The notes under the pieces were generated by a model. That model searched no databases, had not been told where the DNA came from, and worked only from the letters and a program-made list of their open reading frames with translations. 60,463 bases of DNA from a virus (Duplodnaviria; Caudoviricetes): positions 1 to 60,463 of the IMG/VR virus record IMGVR_UViG_3300011335_000321; one strand, 5' to 3'. Of the stretch, positions 9,050 through 17,898 are shown one piece after another (the stretch's first letter is position 1; each line of letters starts with the position of its first letter). The translations under genes and the position numbers were made by a program.

Positions 9050-9321
9050 TCTCGGTAACCCCCGCCAGCTTCCTTGTACTTCTTGGCAACAAGCTGTGCT
9101 TTACGTGCTGACCATTGACCTGCGCCTGTGCCATGCGTTGCCGCGGCTTTGACCTGAGACACAATCTTCTTGCGAAGACCGGGCTTGGTGTAATTGCCTG
9201 CTTCGTTGACTTTCCCACCGTCTTTGTATTGAGTAAAGTCAGTGTCGTCACGGCGTGCTTTTTTCACGCCCTTGGGCATTTTGGAGGGGGCAATATCCCC
9301 CATCCCACGGCTGGCCATCAT
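9046..9321 (-). CDS. Small basic protein (DUF5872-like N-terminal part, recalled not searched)
   Basis: GNYTKP.LR...GQWSARKAQL..K.YK..GGGY; contains YKDGG. Confidence 0.7.
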   Translation of the reverse strand: MMASRGMGDIAPSKMPKGVKKARRDDTDFTQYKDGGKVNEAGNYTKPGLRKKIVSQVKAAATHGTGAGQWSARKAQLVAKKYKEAGGGYRD

Positions 9322-9325
9322 GGTC

Positions 9326-9745
9326 TTAGCAGGTCTTGCCGCCGTAAGCCATCTTCTTGGTCATGCCACCCTTTTTCATACCCAAAGGAGTGCTGCCCTT
9401 CATAGAGACCATAGTGCCCTTGGTCTTGCCTTTAGAAGCAATACCGTCACGGCTAGGAGCCGCTGTGCGCACTGAACCCATTTTGGCAGTAGTGATGCCA
9501 TTGTTTTTTGTAGCCATGATCGATCCACCTTCTTTAAAAAGAGCCATTTTCCCGTGATTGGTTTTTGGCTTATTTACACCTTGAACATCTGGACGGGTTC
9601 TCCCGCCAGAACCAAACTTCTTACCCTTATCCGCATCGTTGAAGTCTTTTCCAACGCTTTGCGGTACTCCAACCTTTTTGGCAAACGCAGGGTTGTGCGC
9701 TATAGCCGCCATAAAGTTGTGTTGTTTTTTGCTTGTGCTAGGCAT
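9326..9745 (-). CDS. Basic protein with four xxGG motifs
   Basis: ATG at 9745 (MPSTSKKQ) just after the upstream stop; FGSGG, FKEGG, MKKGG, MAYGG. Confidence 0.75.
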   Translation of the reverse strand: MPSTSKKQHNFMAAIAHNPAFAKKVGVPQSVGKDFNDADKGKKFGSGGRTRPDVQGVNKPKTNHGKMALFKEGGSIMATKNNGITTAKMGSVRTAAPSRDGIASKGKTKGTMVSMKGSTPLGMKKGGMTKKMAYGGKTC

Positions 9746-9746
9746 G

Positions 9747-9935
9747 TCAAACCTTAATGATCCAGCCCTTGCCAAACACAAAACCGACAACAATTAGGCC
9801 AATCCAGATCAGCGCTTTTTCTACAACGGTCTTACCAACCTTTTTGTAAAACTCGCTAGACATCTCTTCAAGGGCAATCTTTGCCGCTTTCTTAGCAATA
9901 GCTTCTTCGCGTTCGGTTAGCGTAATGTCAGTCAT
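9747..9935 (-). CDS. Small membrane protein
   Basis: 62 aa with one C-terminal hydrophobic helix. Confidence 0.7.
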   Translation of the reverse strand: MTDITLTEREEAIAKKAAKIALEEMSSEFYKKVGKTVVEKALIWIGLIVVGFVFGKGWIIKV

Positions 9936-9936
9936 A

Positions 9937-10191
9937 TCAGCAATTCCAAGCCCGAAGGCTTTTGTTGATGCGGGAGTTCGGGTCTTTCTTGGCCTTCTCT
10001 CCGGTCAGCTTCTTCTTCATGCCTTCCATGCGGGCGCAGAAAGAGTCGCGGCGTTTGCCGCCCTCGGGTTGAGGACGCTTCAAGCCCGGCTTGCCGGGGT
10101 TTGCCTTGTTGTACGAGGCCCGTCCCTTGGCGTTCAAGCCGCCCTTCTCGGACTTCCCCTCTTTGCGTTGCCATGCTGGAGATTTAGCCAT
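9937..10191 (-). CDS. Small basic conserved phage protein
   Basis: MAKSPAWQRKEGK..GGLN.KGR...SFCARM...SLRAWNC. Confidence 0.8.
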   Translation of the reverse strand: MAKSPAWQRKEGKSEKGGLNAKGRASYNKANPGKPGLKRPQPEGGKRRDSFCARMEGMKKKLTGEKAKKDPNSRINKSLRAWNC

Positions 10192-10477
10192 AAAAAATTG
10201 TCACCGCGTCAGCGTTGCCTGTATCACAATAAATACCGTTTACTGCGCGAATACCTTCAGCCGGAATCACAACGGTGTGTGCACCAGCGGCGGTTACGCC
10301 CACTCTAAGTAAGACTGTGCCAGAAGCGGCGGATGCGTTGTCATAGAAAGTAACAGGGGTTGCTCCGCCCGTACCCACAGACACGTACGCACCTTTGAGA
10401 CGGACAGGATATGCAACCAAGGCTGCATCTGCCGCTGTGTACGCGCTCTTTACGTCATATTGCATCGTCATAATCAA
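10184..10477 (-). CDS. Small beta-rich virion protein
   Basis: 97 aa, SD AAAGGAG, ends VTIFYG. Confidence 0.75.
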   Translation of the reverse strand: MIMTMQYDVKSAYTAADAALVAYPVRLKGAYVSVGTGGATPVTFYDNASAASGTVLLRVGVTAAGAHTVVIPAEGIRAVNGIYCDTGNADAVTIFYG

Positions 10478-10485
10478 GCTCCTTT

Positions 10486-10505
10486 AAAAACGGGGCCGAA
10501 GCCCC
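10486..10505 (-). terminator. Rho-independent terminator
   Basis: Minus strand GGGGC-UUCG-GCCCC-GUUUUU just after the 10515 stop. Confidence 0.8.
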
Positions 10506-10514
10506 TTGGGTTGA

Positions 10515-10916
10515 TTAAGCGGCAACAGCGCCATTCAAAGCAACAATAGCCCAACCAGCAGCGGTGTAGATCAGCATGGCAGACTCACCAACGCCAGTGA
10601 AAGTAATGGTTGTAAAACCAATTTTAGTTGTAGGGGTCAAAACAGCAGAGCCGCCATCCACAACGTGGGTAATGATCTTGATTTCGCCAGCAGTGCCGTT
10701 AGCCAAAGTCAAAGCTTGTGCCGCGCCTGTGGTTGTCAAAGCAGTGAAAGCGCTAGTAATGTTGACTGCGCCAGCGCCAGACAAAGACTGAACGCCTAGA
10801 ACAACGTCAGTACCGAAAGAAGAATTGACAGTGACAGCGCCAGTGGTGCTATTTACAGTGACTGATTGAAAGCCGTTCTGCGAGCGAACTGGGCCGTTAA
10901 ACGTGGTATTTGCCAT
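10515..10916 (-). CDS. Head decoration / head fibre protein
   Basis: MANTTFNGPVRS.NGF N-terminus, Thr/Ala/Gly-rich, downstream of the capsid gene. Confidence 0.7.
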   Translation of the reverse strand: MANTTFNGPVRSQNGFQSVTVNSTTGAVTVNSSFGTDVVLGVQSLSGAGAVNITSAFTALTTTGAAQALTLANGTAGEIKIITHVVDGGSAVLTPTTKIGFTTITFTGVGESAMLIYTAAGWAIVALNGAVAA

Positions 10917-10924
10917 GATGTTTC

Positions 10925-10997
10925 CTTACATGCAAGTGGGGGTGCTCTGTCTGCATGTCGTCAGCCGGGACTGTCAGAACACCGGATAAGCCCGGAT
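10925..10997 (-). ncRNA. Pseudoknotted structured RNA, probably the Mu-gpT-DE motif
   Basis: Pairings GGUGUUCUG/CAGAGCACC, CCGGG/CCCGG, ACAUGCA/UGCAUGU and CAG/CUG; downstream of a Mu-gpT-like capsid gene; family name from context, not a covariance search. Confidence 0.6.
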
Positions 10998-11010
10998 TAC
11001 TGTGTTTATA

Positions 11011-11613
11011 TCACGGCGTTTCTGTGTGTGCAACAAGTTTGTTGGACTTCTTTAAATTTTCTTCTTGCGTGATAACACGCAAGTTCCATGGCACATGCAG
11101 GCCACACACTATGGGGTTGATTAACGGCACTATGTGATCTACAACATACCGCTCCCCCGTAATTTTTGTAAGTTGTGCGGCTTGTTCATAAAGATGCCGC
11201 ATCGTCTGCTTCTGCACCTTTGTGATCCAAGGTGGTGTTGCGTTACGGTGGCGGCGCTTGCGTACATTATTCAAAGTTGTGTAGTACTCAGGAAACTTTT
11301 CTTTATGTCTACGTTTGTAGTTTTGTTTTTCTTCTAAAGGGCGTGCGTTTGCTCTGGCAACCACGGTTTCTTTGTTTCGCTTGTAGTACTCCTGCTTAGC
11401 GGTTACGCCAGCGTCAGACTTGTTGTATTGACGAAAGTATTCGGCGCGTTCAACACTACCCTTGGCCCATTCGACTTTCAAACACTCAACACACGCGCCT
11501 TTAGTTTTGCGTGGGGCTATGTGCCCGTGTTTGCATGGCTGTCCAGTGAAATAGTACTTACTGCCGGTTTTCTTTGCTTCTTCCCGTGTGGCGGGCATGT
11601 TGGATGTGTCCAT
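11011..11613 (-). CDS. HNH homing endonuclease
   Basis: ATG 11613 after AGGAGAA; CKHGH...CVEC N-terminus; VDHIVPL....CGLHVPWNL..IT..EN..KSN. Confidence 0.92.
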   Translation of the reverse strand: MDTSNMPATREEAKKTGSKYYFTGQPCKHGHIAPRKTKGACVECLKVEWAKGSVERAEYFRQYNKSDAGVTAKQEYYKRNKETVVARANARPLEEKQNYKRRHKEKFPEYYTTLNNVRKRRHRNATPPWITKVQKQTMRHLYEQAAQLTKITGERYVVDHIVPLINPIVCGLHVPWNLRVITQEENLKKSNKLVAHTETP

Positions 11614-11654
11614 TGTTTTCTCCTGAGTTACGATACAGGTAATGATAACACAAT

Positions 11655-11680
11655 AAAAAAGCCACCCGAAGGTGGCTTTT
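11655..11680 (-). terminator. Rho-independent terminator after the capsid gene
   Basis: AAAAGCCACC-UUCG-GGUGGCUUUUUU. Confidence 0.88.
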
Positions 11681-11696
11681 AGAGGGGTCGGAGAGA

Positions 11697-12626
11697 TTAA
11701 GCTCCGGCTGAACCCCACATACCCAAAGGATCTGACCAGCCAAAGGAATAACGCTCACGTGCTTTGTAGCGAACGTTTCCAGTATCAAAGTCTCCGTCCA
11801 TTGAGTTAGCCAAAGGCATACGCTCAAAGTGCTTCATGCCGTTTGGCACGTCGGTAATCAAATACCAGCCGTTGCTGTCGGTCAAGAAGTGGTTAACGGT
11901 GTAACCTTCTGGGATTGCGCCCATCTGCTTCAACGCGTTGATATCGTTGTCAGCAGTTTGTACACGCAGTTCAGTGTCAAGCAAACGCTTGGCAACGAAC
12001 ATCAGTGCTGGAGGAATCACCATTTTACGGGGCTTGGCGGCGATCAACAGACCGCGCTCATCAGTCCATGCGGCGATTTGAATCACAGCATTTTCCAAAG
12101 AGGTTTCGTTCAAGTCAACACCAGTAGTTGGGCTGTTGAAGTTCACACCACCGTTAACGAGTGGGTGACCAACACGAACGCTAGAGGAGTTCACACCGAA
12201 CAAGGATACGCCGTCACCACCGAGGTAGCTACCGCTGAAGCCGTTGTTGATAACGGAAGCAGCTTTAACTTGCTTGGTGTAAGACATGGCACGGGCCAAA
12301 GCCTTGGTGTAACGTGCAGACAAAGAGTCATACAAGTTATCTTCCACAGCTTCTTCAGTAATACTGAAGCCCAGAGCGATAGTCTCGTGGTTGTAACGTG
12401 CGGTGAAAGCTTCTTGCGCATTGTCATAAGCAATGGCAGAGCCTTCGTTCTTGACGGGAGCAGAACCAAAGCCCGCAAGCTTTGTCTCTTCTTCGAAGCT
12501 ACGCTCAGATTTCTCTGTTTCGTAGATTTCTTTGTGCTCTTCGCCGTAGCGTGCGTATTCCATACCGAACAAAGCGTTCAGGCCGGGGAGCAACTCTTTC
12601 AATAGTTGTGCGCGTGAAATTGCCAT
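11697..12626 (-). CDS. Major capsid protein (Mu gpT-like family)
   Basis: 309 aa, MAISRAQLLKELLPGLNALFG...RYKARERYSFG; follows the scaffold; strong SD and terminator. Confidence 0.9.
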   Translation of the reverse strand: MAISRAQLLKELLPGLNALFGMEYARYGEEHKEIYETEKSERSFEEETKLAGFGSAPVKNEGSAIAYDNAQEAFTARYNHETIALGFSITEEAVEDNLYDSLSARYTKALARAMSYTKQVKAASVINNGFSGSYLGGDGVSLFGVNSSSVRVGHPLVNGGVNFNSPTTGVDLNETSLENAVIQIAAWTDERGLLIAAKPRKMVIPPALMFVAKRLLDTELRVQTADNDINALKQMGAIPEGYTVNHFLTDSNGWYLITDVPNGMKHFERMPLANSMDGDFDTGNVRYKARERYSFGWSDPLGMWGSAGA

Positions 12627-12639
12627 GGTAGTTTACTCC

Positions 12640-13257
12640 TTACAGGCCAACGTTGTTTAAGTACGAATGGGCACTGGGATTGAATTTAACAAACACATCA
12701 GTATACGCATCGCCAATTTCTGAGAAGCCTTCCAGTTCAACAAAACCAACAATACGGAAAGCCGCGGCAGTGGTTACCACGGTTGATTCCAAAGCGCTGG
12801 TTGAGTTGCCTGTGGTAGTCGACCCAGTTGAAGTGCTCTGTACAGCGGCAAAGAAGGTGTTAGTGCCCAAAGCAGATTGACTGGCAGAACCGTCAAGCTG
12901 TGCTTGGAAGGTAACAAACGGGTCAGTGATGACCTTGGCTGTTACTACACCGGTTGTGCCGGAAGGATAGTACTGAGAGTTAATCACTTGACCTTGTGCA
13001 TTGACATATTCGCAGCCGACGAAAACGCCGATTGCACCTACGCCGTTGCCGCCAAGGTTGTTAGTCGTAATGTCGGCACCAGTGGCAGTAGAGATGGCTA
13101 GATAGCCGTCCGAACCAATGATGACTACTTGACCGTAGAAAATGTTGGTGGCTTCGCCAGCAGGATCAATCAGAAAAGTCTGAGTTGCGCCTGCGTAGGG
13201 CATGCCATCAACGCGGTTTACGGGGCGAAGCCCGTAGGGAGAAGCGGTAGATGCCAT
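12640..13257 (-). CDS. Capsid-associated (minor capsid / cement) protein
   Basis: 205 aa immediately upstream of the capsid gene; PYGLRP, GVFVGC.Y motifs. Confidence 0.7.
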   Translation of the reverse strand: MASTASPYGLRPVNRVDGMPYAGATQTFLIDPAGEATNIFYGQVVIIGSDGYLAISTATGADITTNNLGGNGVGAIGVFVGCEYVNAQGQVINSQYYPSGTTGVVTAKVITDPFVTFQAQLDGSASQSALGTNTFFAAVQSTSTGSTTTGNSTSALESTVVTTAAAFRIVGFVELEGFSEIGDAYTDVFVKFNPSAHSYLNNVGL

Positions 13258-13272
13258 TTAAGGACTCCTAAG

Positions 13273-13722
13273 TTATTTAGAACCAGAACCAAACCCACCA
13301 CGAGTTGTTGACGACTTGCGTTCGGCAAACAACGGCATGCGTGAGTCATTTTGTCGCATGAAGCTATTGTCTACTGAGTCCATCTGGTTTTGAGCTTGCT
13401 GGTTATAGTACTCATCACGGGCTTCCGCTTTTTCTCTGGCTATCTTGCAAAGCATGAGGCCACCGATTTCCACGTTCCCAGATTTTTCATTACCCATCAT
13501 CATCAATTCCGGATGGTCAGCTGCCTTCACCGGCTCCCAACCTTCACGCATTCTGCGTGATACATTGGTCACTTCCGACTGTCCCAGCACATGAGTCGCT
13601 ACCCAGCGATACACGTAGCCCGGTTCAGGCGTTGGATCAGGCAAGTTTGTCGGCGGTACGTATACAGCACGAGCAGATTTTTCGCGTGACACCAAGTCAC
13701 GATTTGTACGGTTTTCAGCCAT
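13273..13722 (-). CDS. Conserved head-module protein
   Basis: YRW......G....NV..R.REGWEPV...IGGLMLCK; between scaffold and capsid. Confidence 0.75.
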   Translation of the reverse strand: MAENRTNRDLVSREKSARAVYVPPTNLPDPTPEPGYVYRWVATHVLGQSEVTNVSRRMREGWEPVKAADHPELMMMGNEKSGNVEIGGLMLCKIAREKAEARDEYYNQQAQNQMDSVDNSFMRQNDSRMPLFAERKSSTTRGGFGSGSK

Positions 13723-14659
13723 TCGATTTCTCCATTTTTACCAATTCAGCAGCGTATTGCTGCGGGGTTAAGCCAAACTTTTTTGCCAACGAGACTTGCG
13801 TTGGGCTTAGTTGGACTCTTTTTGCGCCTGTCGAACGAGTCGCAGAGGCAACAACCGTGGAAGGCTTTCTGGAGCCATCGCCGGACTTCGGCCTGCTTTG
13901 TCCACCGAAAACATCAGGGAACGTAGCTTTCATGCGAGCATCAATGCGCTCGAAATATTCGTCAGAGCGGGGGTCTATTCCCGAGTTCACTAGTTTTTGA
14001 TGCAGCCCTAGTGAAAAGCTGGTGAGTTCCTCGTACCCGGGTGATCCGAACCACTGGTTTCTTGCCTGCCAGCGCAGTGTTTTGTCATCCGGTTGGACTT
14101 GTTCGGGTACTTGTTGACTAGTTTGTACTACATCAGAATCATATTGTAAAGGGGTTGGACGGAAATTTTTTGCGGCTGTTGCACGCATCTTCGCATCGGC
14201 CAATTCCTCTTGTGCAGTAATGATTGCATCAGTGTCAAACGCTTCGTGTGCTTCCTTGAGCTTTTTACGGGCCATAGCCAATTCAGCTTCGGTTGCACTT
14301 TGAATCGTGGCGGCATACTGCTGCTCACCATTATTCACGTATTGTTTAAGCTTGTTGTTCTCGGCCAACAGGTGTTGGGCCATTCTCTCAAGCTCTTGTT
14401 TTTCGCGCATTGTCGCTTCTTTGATACGGCGCTCATCGTGACGGGCATGAGTGAGTTCCTTGATGCGCTTTTTAACGCCCTCAGAGTAATTCTCAATTTC
14501 GTCATCGGTTGGATCGGCCACTTCACGATCCAATGGCTTGCGGCCACGGTCACGTTCGGGTGTGTCGTCTACGATCTCTATTTCAACATCAGCTTCAGAC
14601 GTTTCCGCGGGTGCGGAGCTGTCCTCAATTTCGTCGGGAAACTTATATTGTTCAGGCAT
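13715..14659 (-). CDS. Capsid scaffolding protein
   Basis: Acidic N-terminus, long coiled coil, C-terminal AKKFGL...YA; position between portal and capsid. Confidence 0.75.
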   Translation of the reverse strand: MPEQYKFPDEIEDSSAPAETSEADVEIEIVDDTPERDRGRKPLDREVADPTDDEIENYSEGVKKRIKELTHARHDERRIKEATMREKQELERMAQHLLAENNKLKQYVNNGEQQYAATIQSATEAELAMARKKLKEAHEAFDTDAIITAQEELADAKMRATAAKNFRPTPLQYDSDVVQTSQQVPEQVQPDDKTLRWQARNQWFGSPGYEELTSFSLGLHQKLVNSGIDPRSDEYFERIDARMKATFPDVFGGQSRPKSGDGSRKPSTVVASATRSTGAKRVQLSPTQVSLAKKFGLTPQQYAAELVKMEKSNG

Positions 14660-14668
14660 GTTTATCCT

Positions 14669-15103
14669 TTATGCGCGGGTCAAACCGCGGGGGTCTTGCA
14701 CAACAGCATCAATTTGGTCATCATTGATGAGACGGAACTCCTTACCAAAGATTTTGAATCTTGTGCCGGAGTAAGTACGCACTAACACAAAGTCGCCTTC
14801 TTTACACCATGCGCCTGTGGGGAACTTGGTGGTGTCTTTGTACGCATCGGGGCCTACACGCAATACAAACAGCACCGTGGTGGCGTGTTCTTCTTGACGC
14901 ATAGTGGCTGTATCTCTCACGAGATCAAGGGACGTACCTGCAATCTTTGCTTCAACTTCAGGCACGATGCAGAGAATCTTCCAACCTGTTGGGGTCGGTA
15001 GCGCTCCGGCTTTAGTCTCATCCGTATCGTCCTCTTCAGGCTGTTCAACGGGCTGAATACTTTTAGGCAAGACAATGCCCGGTGGCAAAATGAGTTCACT
15101 CAT
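14669..15103 (-). CDS. groES: GroES-like co-chaperonin
   Basis: P.PTG.KIL...V..VGPDAY...WCKEGDFVL...YSGTRFKI.GKEFRLINDDQI pattern of the GroES fold; ATG 15103. Confidence 0.8.
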   Translation of the reverse strand: MSELILPPGIVLPKSIQPVEQPEEDDTDETKAGALPTPTGWKILCIVPEVEAKIAGTSLDLVRDTATMRQEEHATTVLFVLRVGPDAYKDTTKFPTGAWCKEGDFVLVRTYSGTRFKIFGKEFRLINDDQIDAVVQDPRGLTRA

Positions 15104-15290
15104 CGGATTGTTCAACTTTCTGTAGCAGGTCAAGGAGATAACGCTCTGCAAGGGCTAGACCCGAAATAATCCCGCAGAGTTTTTGGTATTCATCAAATGA
15201 TCGACATGATCCCGCAGCCAAGTCATCTGCGTAGTTGTTCATGTCAGTGCGTATTTTGTCGCGCAATACGGATGCGAATTCTTGGATCAT
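15096..15290 (-). CDS. Small conserved protein downstream of the portal
   Basis: 64 aa, L..G....F.EY...CG.I.GL; overlaps both neighbours. Confidence 0.75.
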   Translation of the reverse strand: MIQEFASVLRDKIRTDMNNYADDLAAGSCRSFDEYQKLCGIISGLALAERYLLDLLQKVEQSDE

Positions 15291-17890
15291 TTGGGTTCCT
15301 TGTTATTGGATGTGCTTTGCAAAGCAGTTGTGCGGGCTTGCAAATCCATTTCTTTCTGACGCTTAGAAATTTCAGAGCCTAGCTTCACGCCTGCAAACTC
15401 TTGGTCAAACTGTTGTTTGGCCTTGCTCTCGTTAATCTGCGCACCGATGCGCATACCTTCAAGTTCTTTGTCACTGCGCATCTTCTCCGTGTCCAACTCC
15501 AGCTTGTCAGACTTAGCCGTGATGTCAGCCACCATCTTCTGGGCATCAAGCTGTGCGGCTTGCTGTTTAAGCTGGAAGTCTTGTTGCATCTTCTGCGCTT
15601 CCATTTGCAAGCGTTGTTGTCCCAACTGGATGTTGGCCTGAACTTCTTGCTGCTTGACCTGCATCTCAGCTTGCTTGAGTTGCAACTCTTGCTGTTGCAT
15701 CTGGATAAGCGGGTCTTGCGCTTGTTGCTGTGCTTGCTGTTGAGCCGCTTGTGCTTGGTTCTGTTGCAACATTTGCTGTGCGGCCTGCGCCATCATGCCG
15801 GCCATTGCGTTGGCAATCTCTGTTGGCAACTGCTCGTCTTCTTTTGGTATCGACATGCCAAGTTGTTTTTCCAACTGCAACTTGTACTGGAACCCAACGT
15901 GCTCTGCGATGTGTGCAGTCAGCGCCGCTTGAATCTGAGGAGCCTTGGGGTTCTGGCCGATCAACTGCATGACTGTTGGGTCTTGCATCATGCTGGTGTG
16001 AACAGCGATGTGCGCTGTGTGGTCTTGCTCCACAAACGCTTGGATTGGCTCGCCCTTGAGCACAGCCATGTTCTCCGCCACGGGATCTTTGGGTTTCTGA
16101 TCGTCTGGCAAAGGCACAAGCTTGTCTGCGTTCTTGATGCCAAGCACTTCAAGCATGTTGCGGTGCAACTGTGGCAAGTCATAAATGTCTGGAGCCATCT
16201 GCGCCATCTGAATGACGGCTTGATACTGCACCACACGCTGGCTCATGGTGGCCGCATTGGGGTCAGACACAGGGATAACTGCTACAAGTGCGTAGTCAGC
16301 TTTCTTGGCTTTGGGGCCGTCATCGCCTTCTGGCTCGTATGTGTATGAGTCATCTGTGTAGTCACGGATGATGTCACGAAGCAGTTGCAACTCTTGCTTC
16401 AACGCATAGTGCACACGGGCTTGAACCGCCGTCATCACTTTAAGCTGGCGCTCAAGGAGGGCTAGCGTTGTGCCCACGGGGGCTTGCGCACTCATGTCAG
16501 ACACTTTCATATCTGCAGTTGCGGCAAACCTACGGCCTTCGTCTACGATCTTATCAAGGAGCGCTGCCAACACGGCAGATGGCTCTTTGTACGGCAGGGG
16601 CAGGATGCTGTCACGGATCGTGCCAGAGCCAATATCTACATCACGGAATTCACCCGGTGCGATTGGCGTGTCGTCGCCCTTGATGCGCAAACCACGGGAC
16701 TTCAAACCACCGGGCAAGTTGGACAGCGTGCCAGCGTCAATCAACTGACGCATGATGCTTGTCGCAGACTTGGCAAAACCGCCGATCAGGTGGAACAGAC
16801 CGAAGCCATATGCACCAAAGCCGGGGATGTACTGGTAGTGCACAAAGTGCTGGCGCTTGAGTTTGAGGGGGTCATCTTCTTCCCAATTACGGCGGATGGC
16901 CAGCACATCGTTTGTGCCGCGGATGATTGTCACCACGTATGGCAGAGCAATGCCTGTAGGTTCTCCGTCATCGTCCAAGTCCTCATGGCCCTTAATGTCC
17001 AAGTCCACATGGCACTCAAGCAAAGTGAAGCGGTCGTCGTTTAGATCACTAAAGCCTGTCTCTTTGTCCTTGGCTTTTTGAATGTCGCCAACAACCTTGT
17101 CGGGTTCGCCCAGATCAACTTCGCAGTAAAAGCCCGCTTGCTGTAGTTTCAAAATCTCATTCTTGGTCTTGCGCATGACGTGCGTGACGCGGTAGCAAGT
17201 CTGAATGTCTGATGTGCCATAGGGCAAGATCATGTCTTCTGCTGGAATAAAGATCGACACTTGACGGCCAAGCGCGGGGTCGAAGTACACCTTCTTAAAC
17301 GCAGAGCCCGTAGCTGGCAGTGACCACAACATGCGCTCATGCTCTGGACGGAACTCCACCATCTTCTCAGTCAACTGGTAGTTCATGTCCGCTTCTACGC
17401 GAACAGCCGCTTCTTGTTTCTGCGGTGTCTCTTTACCAAGAATTTTGGTACGTACAGGGCCTTGCGCAGGGAATGTCTCAGTGATTGTCTCAGACTGAAA
17501 GCGCACAACGGCTTCTGTAATCATCGGGTGGAACACGCCAGATGCGCCGTTCCAAGGCTCTGTTCTTTCTTCCATCTGCAAACCCAAAAGCTTCAAGCCT
17601 TCTGTGTATGCTTTCTCCCAATCCTTGCGGGAGTTCTTGTCTTGCTCAATGTCCCCCGCCAAGTCACTGGCCAGCGTTGCCAAGGCGCTCTCGTCCATGT
17701 ACTCAGCAAGGTTAGCATCAAAGTCTTCAGCAGACGGCTCTGCCGGCTCGATCTCAATCTCCATGCCATCTATGCCAATCCGTACAGCTTCAGGATCAAC
17801 GATCTCAATCTCGATGGGAGACTCGTCCTGCGCTAACTCTTCGATGCCTGTTGGCGACTGGTACAGCGCCTTGTCAATGTTCGTTGCCAT
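15287..17890 (-). CDS. Portal protein with Gln-rich C-terminal coiled coil
   Basis: 867 aa directly after the terminase; long Q-rich helix like a podovirus portal barrel. Confidence 0.88.
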   Translation of the reverse strand: MATNIDKALYQSPTGIEELAQDESPIEIEIVDPEAVRIGIDGMEIEIEPAEPSAEDFDANLAEYMDESALATLASDLAGDIEQDKNSRKDWEKAYTEGLKLLGLQMEERTEPWNGASGVFHPMITEAVVRFQSETITETFPAQGPVRTKILGKETPQKQEAAVRVEADMNYQLTEKMVEFRPEHERMLWSLPATGSAFKKVYFDPALGRQVSIFIPAEDMILPYGTSDIQTCYRVTHVMRKTKNEILKLQQAGFYCEVDLGEPDKVVGDIQKAKDKETGFSDLNDDRFTLLECHVDLDIKGHEDLDDDGEPTGIALPYVVTIIRGTNDVLAIRRNWEEDDPLKLKRQHFVHYQYIPGFGAYGFGLFHLIGGFAKSATSIMRQLIDAGTLSNLPGGLKSRGLRIKGDDTPIAPGEFRDVDIGSGTIRDSILPLPYKEPSAVLAALLDKIVDEGRRFAATADMKVSDMSAQAPVGTTLALLERQLKVMTAVQARVHYALKQELQLLRDIIRDYTDDSYTYEPEGDDGPKAKKADYALVAVIPVSDPNAATMSQRVVQYQAVIQMAQMAPDIYDLPQLHRNMLEVLGIKNADKLVPLPDDQKPKDPVAENMAVLKGEPIQAFVEQDHTAHIAVHTSMMQDPTVMQLIGQNPKAPQIQAALTAHIAEHVGFQYKLQLEKQLGMSIPKEDEQLPTEIANAMAGMMAQAAQQMLQQNQAQAAQQQAQQQAQDPLIQMQQQELQLKQAEMQVKQQEVQANIQLGQQRLQMEAQKMQQDFQLKQQAAQLDAQKMVADITAKSDKLELDTEKMRSDKELEGMRIGAQINESKAKQQFDQEFAGVKLGSEISKRQKEMDLQARTTALQSTSNNKEPK

Positions 17891-17898
17891 GTGTGTTC

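Noticed and set aside
10925-10997. HDV-like/theta ribozyme
   Set aside because: The CAG/CUG stem with a C-rich loop is reminiscent, but the strand after it has no upstream P1 partner, so the topology differs
11829-12605. 258-aa plus-strand ORF (likewise 15401-16348, 39587-40435 and many other antisense or alternate-frame ORFs in the track)
   Set aside because: Shadow frames of well-supported genes, with no RBS or protein motifs
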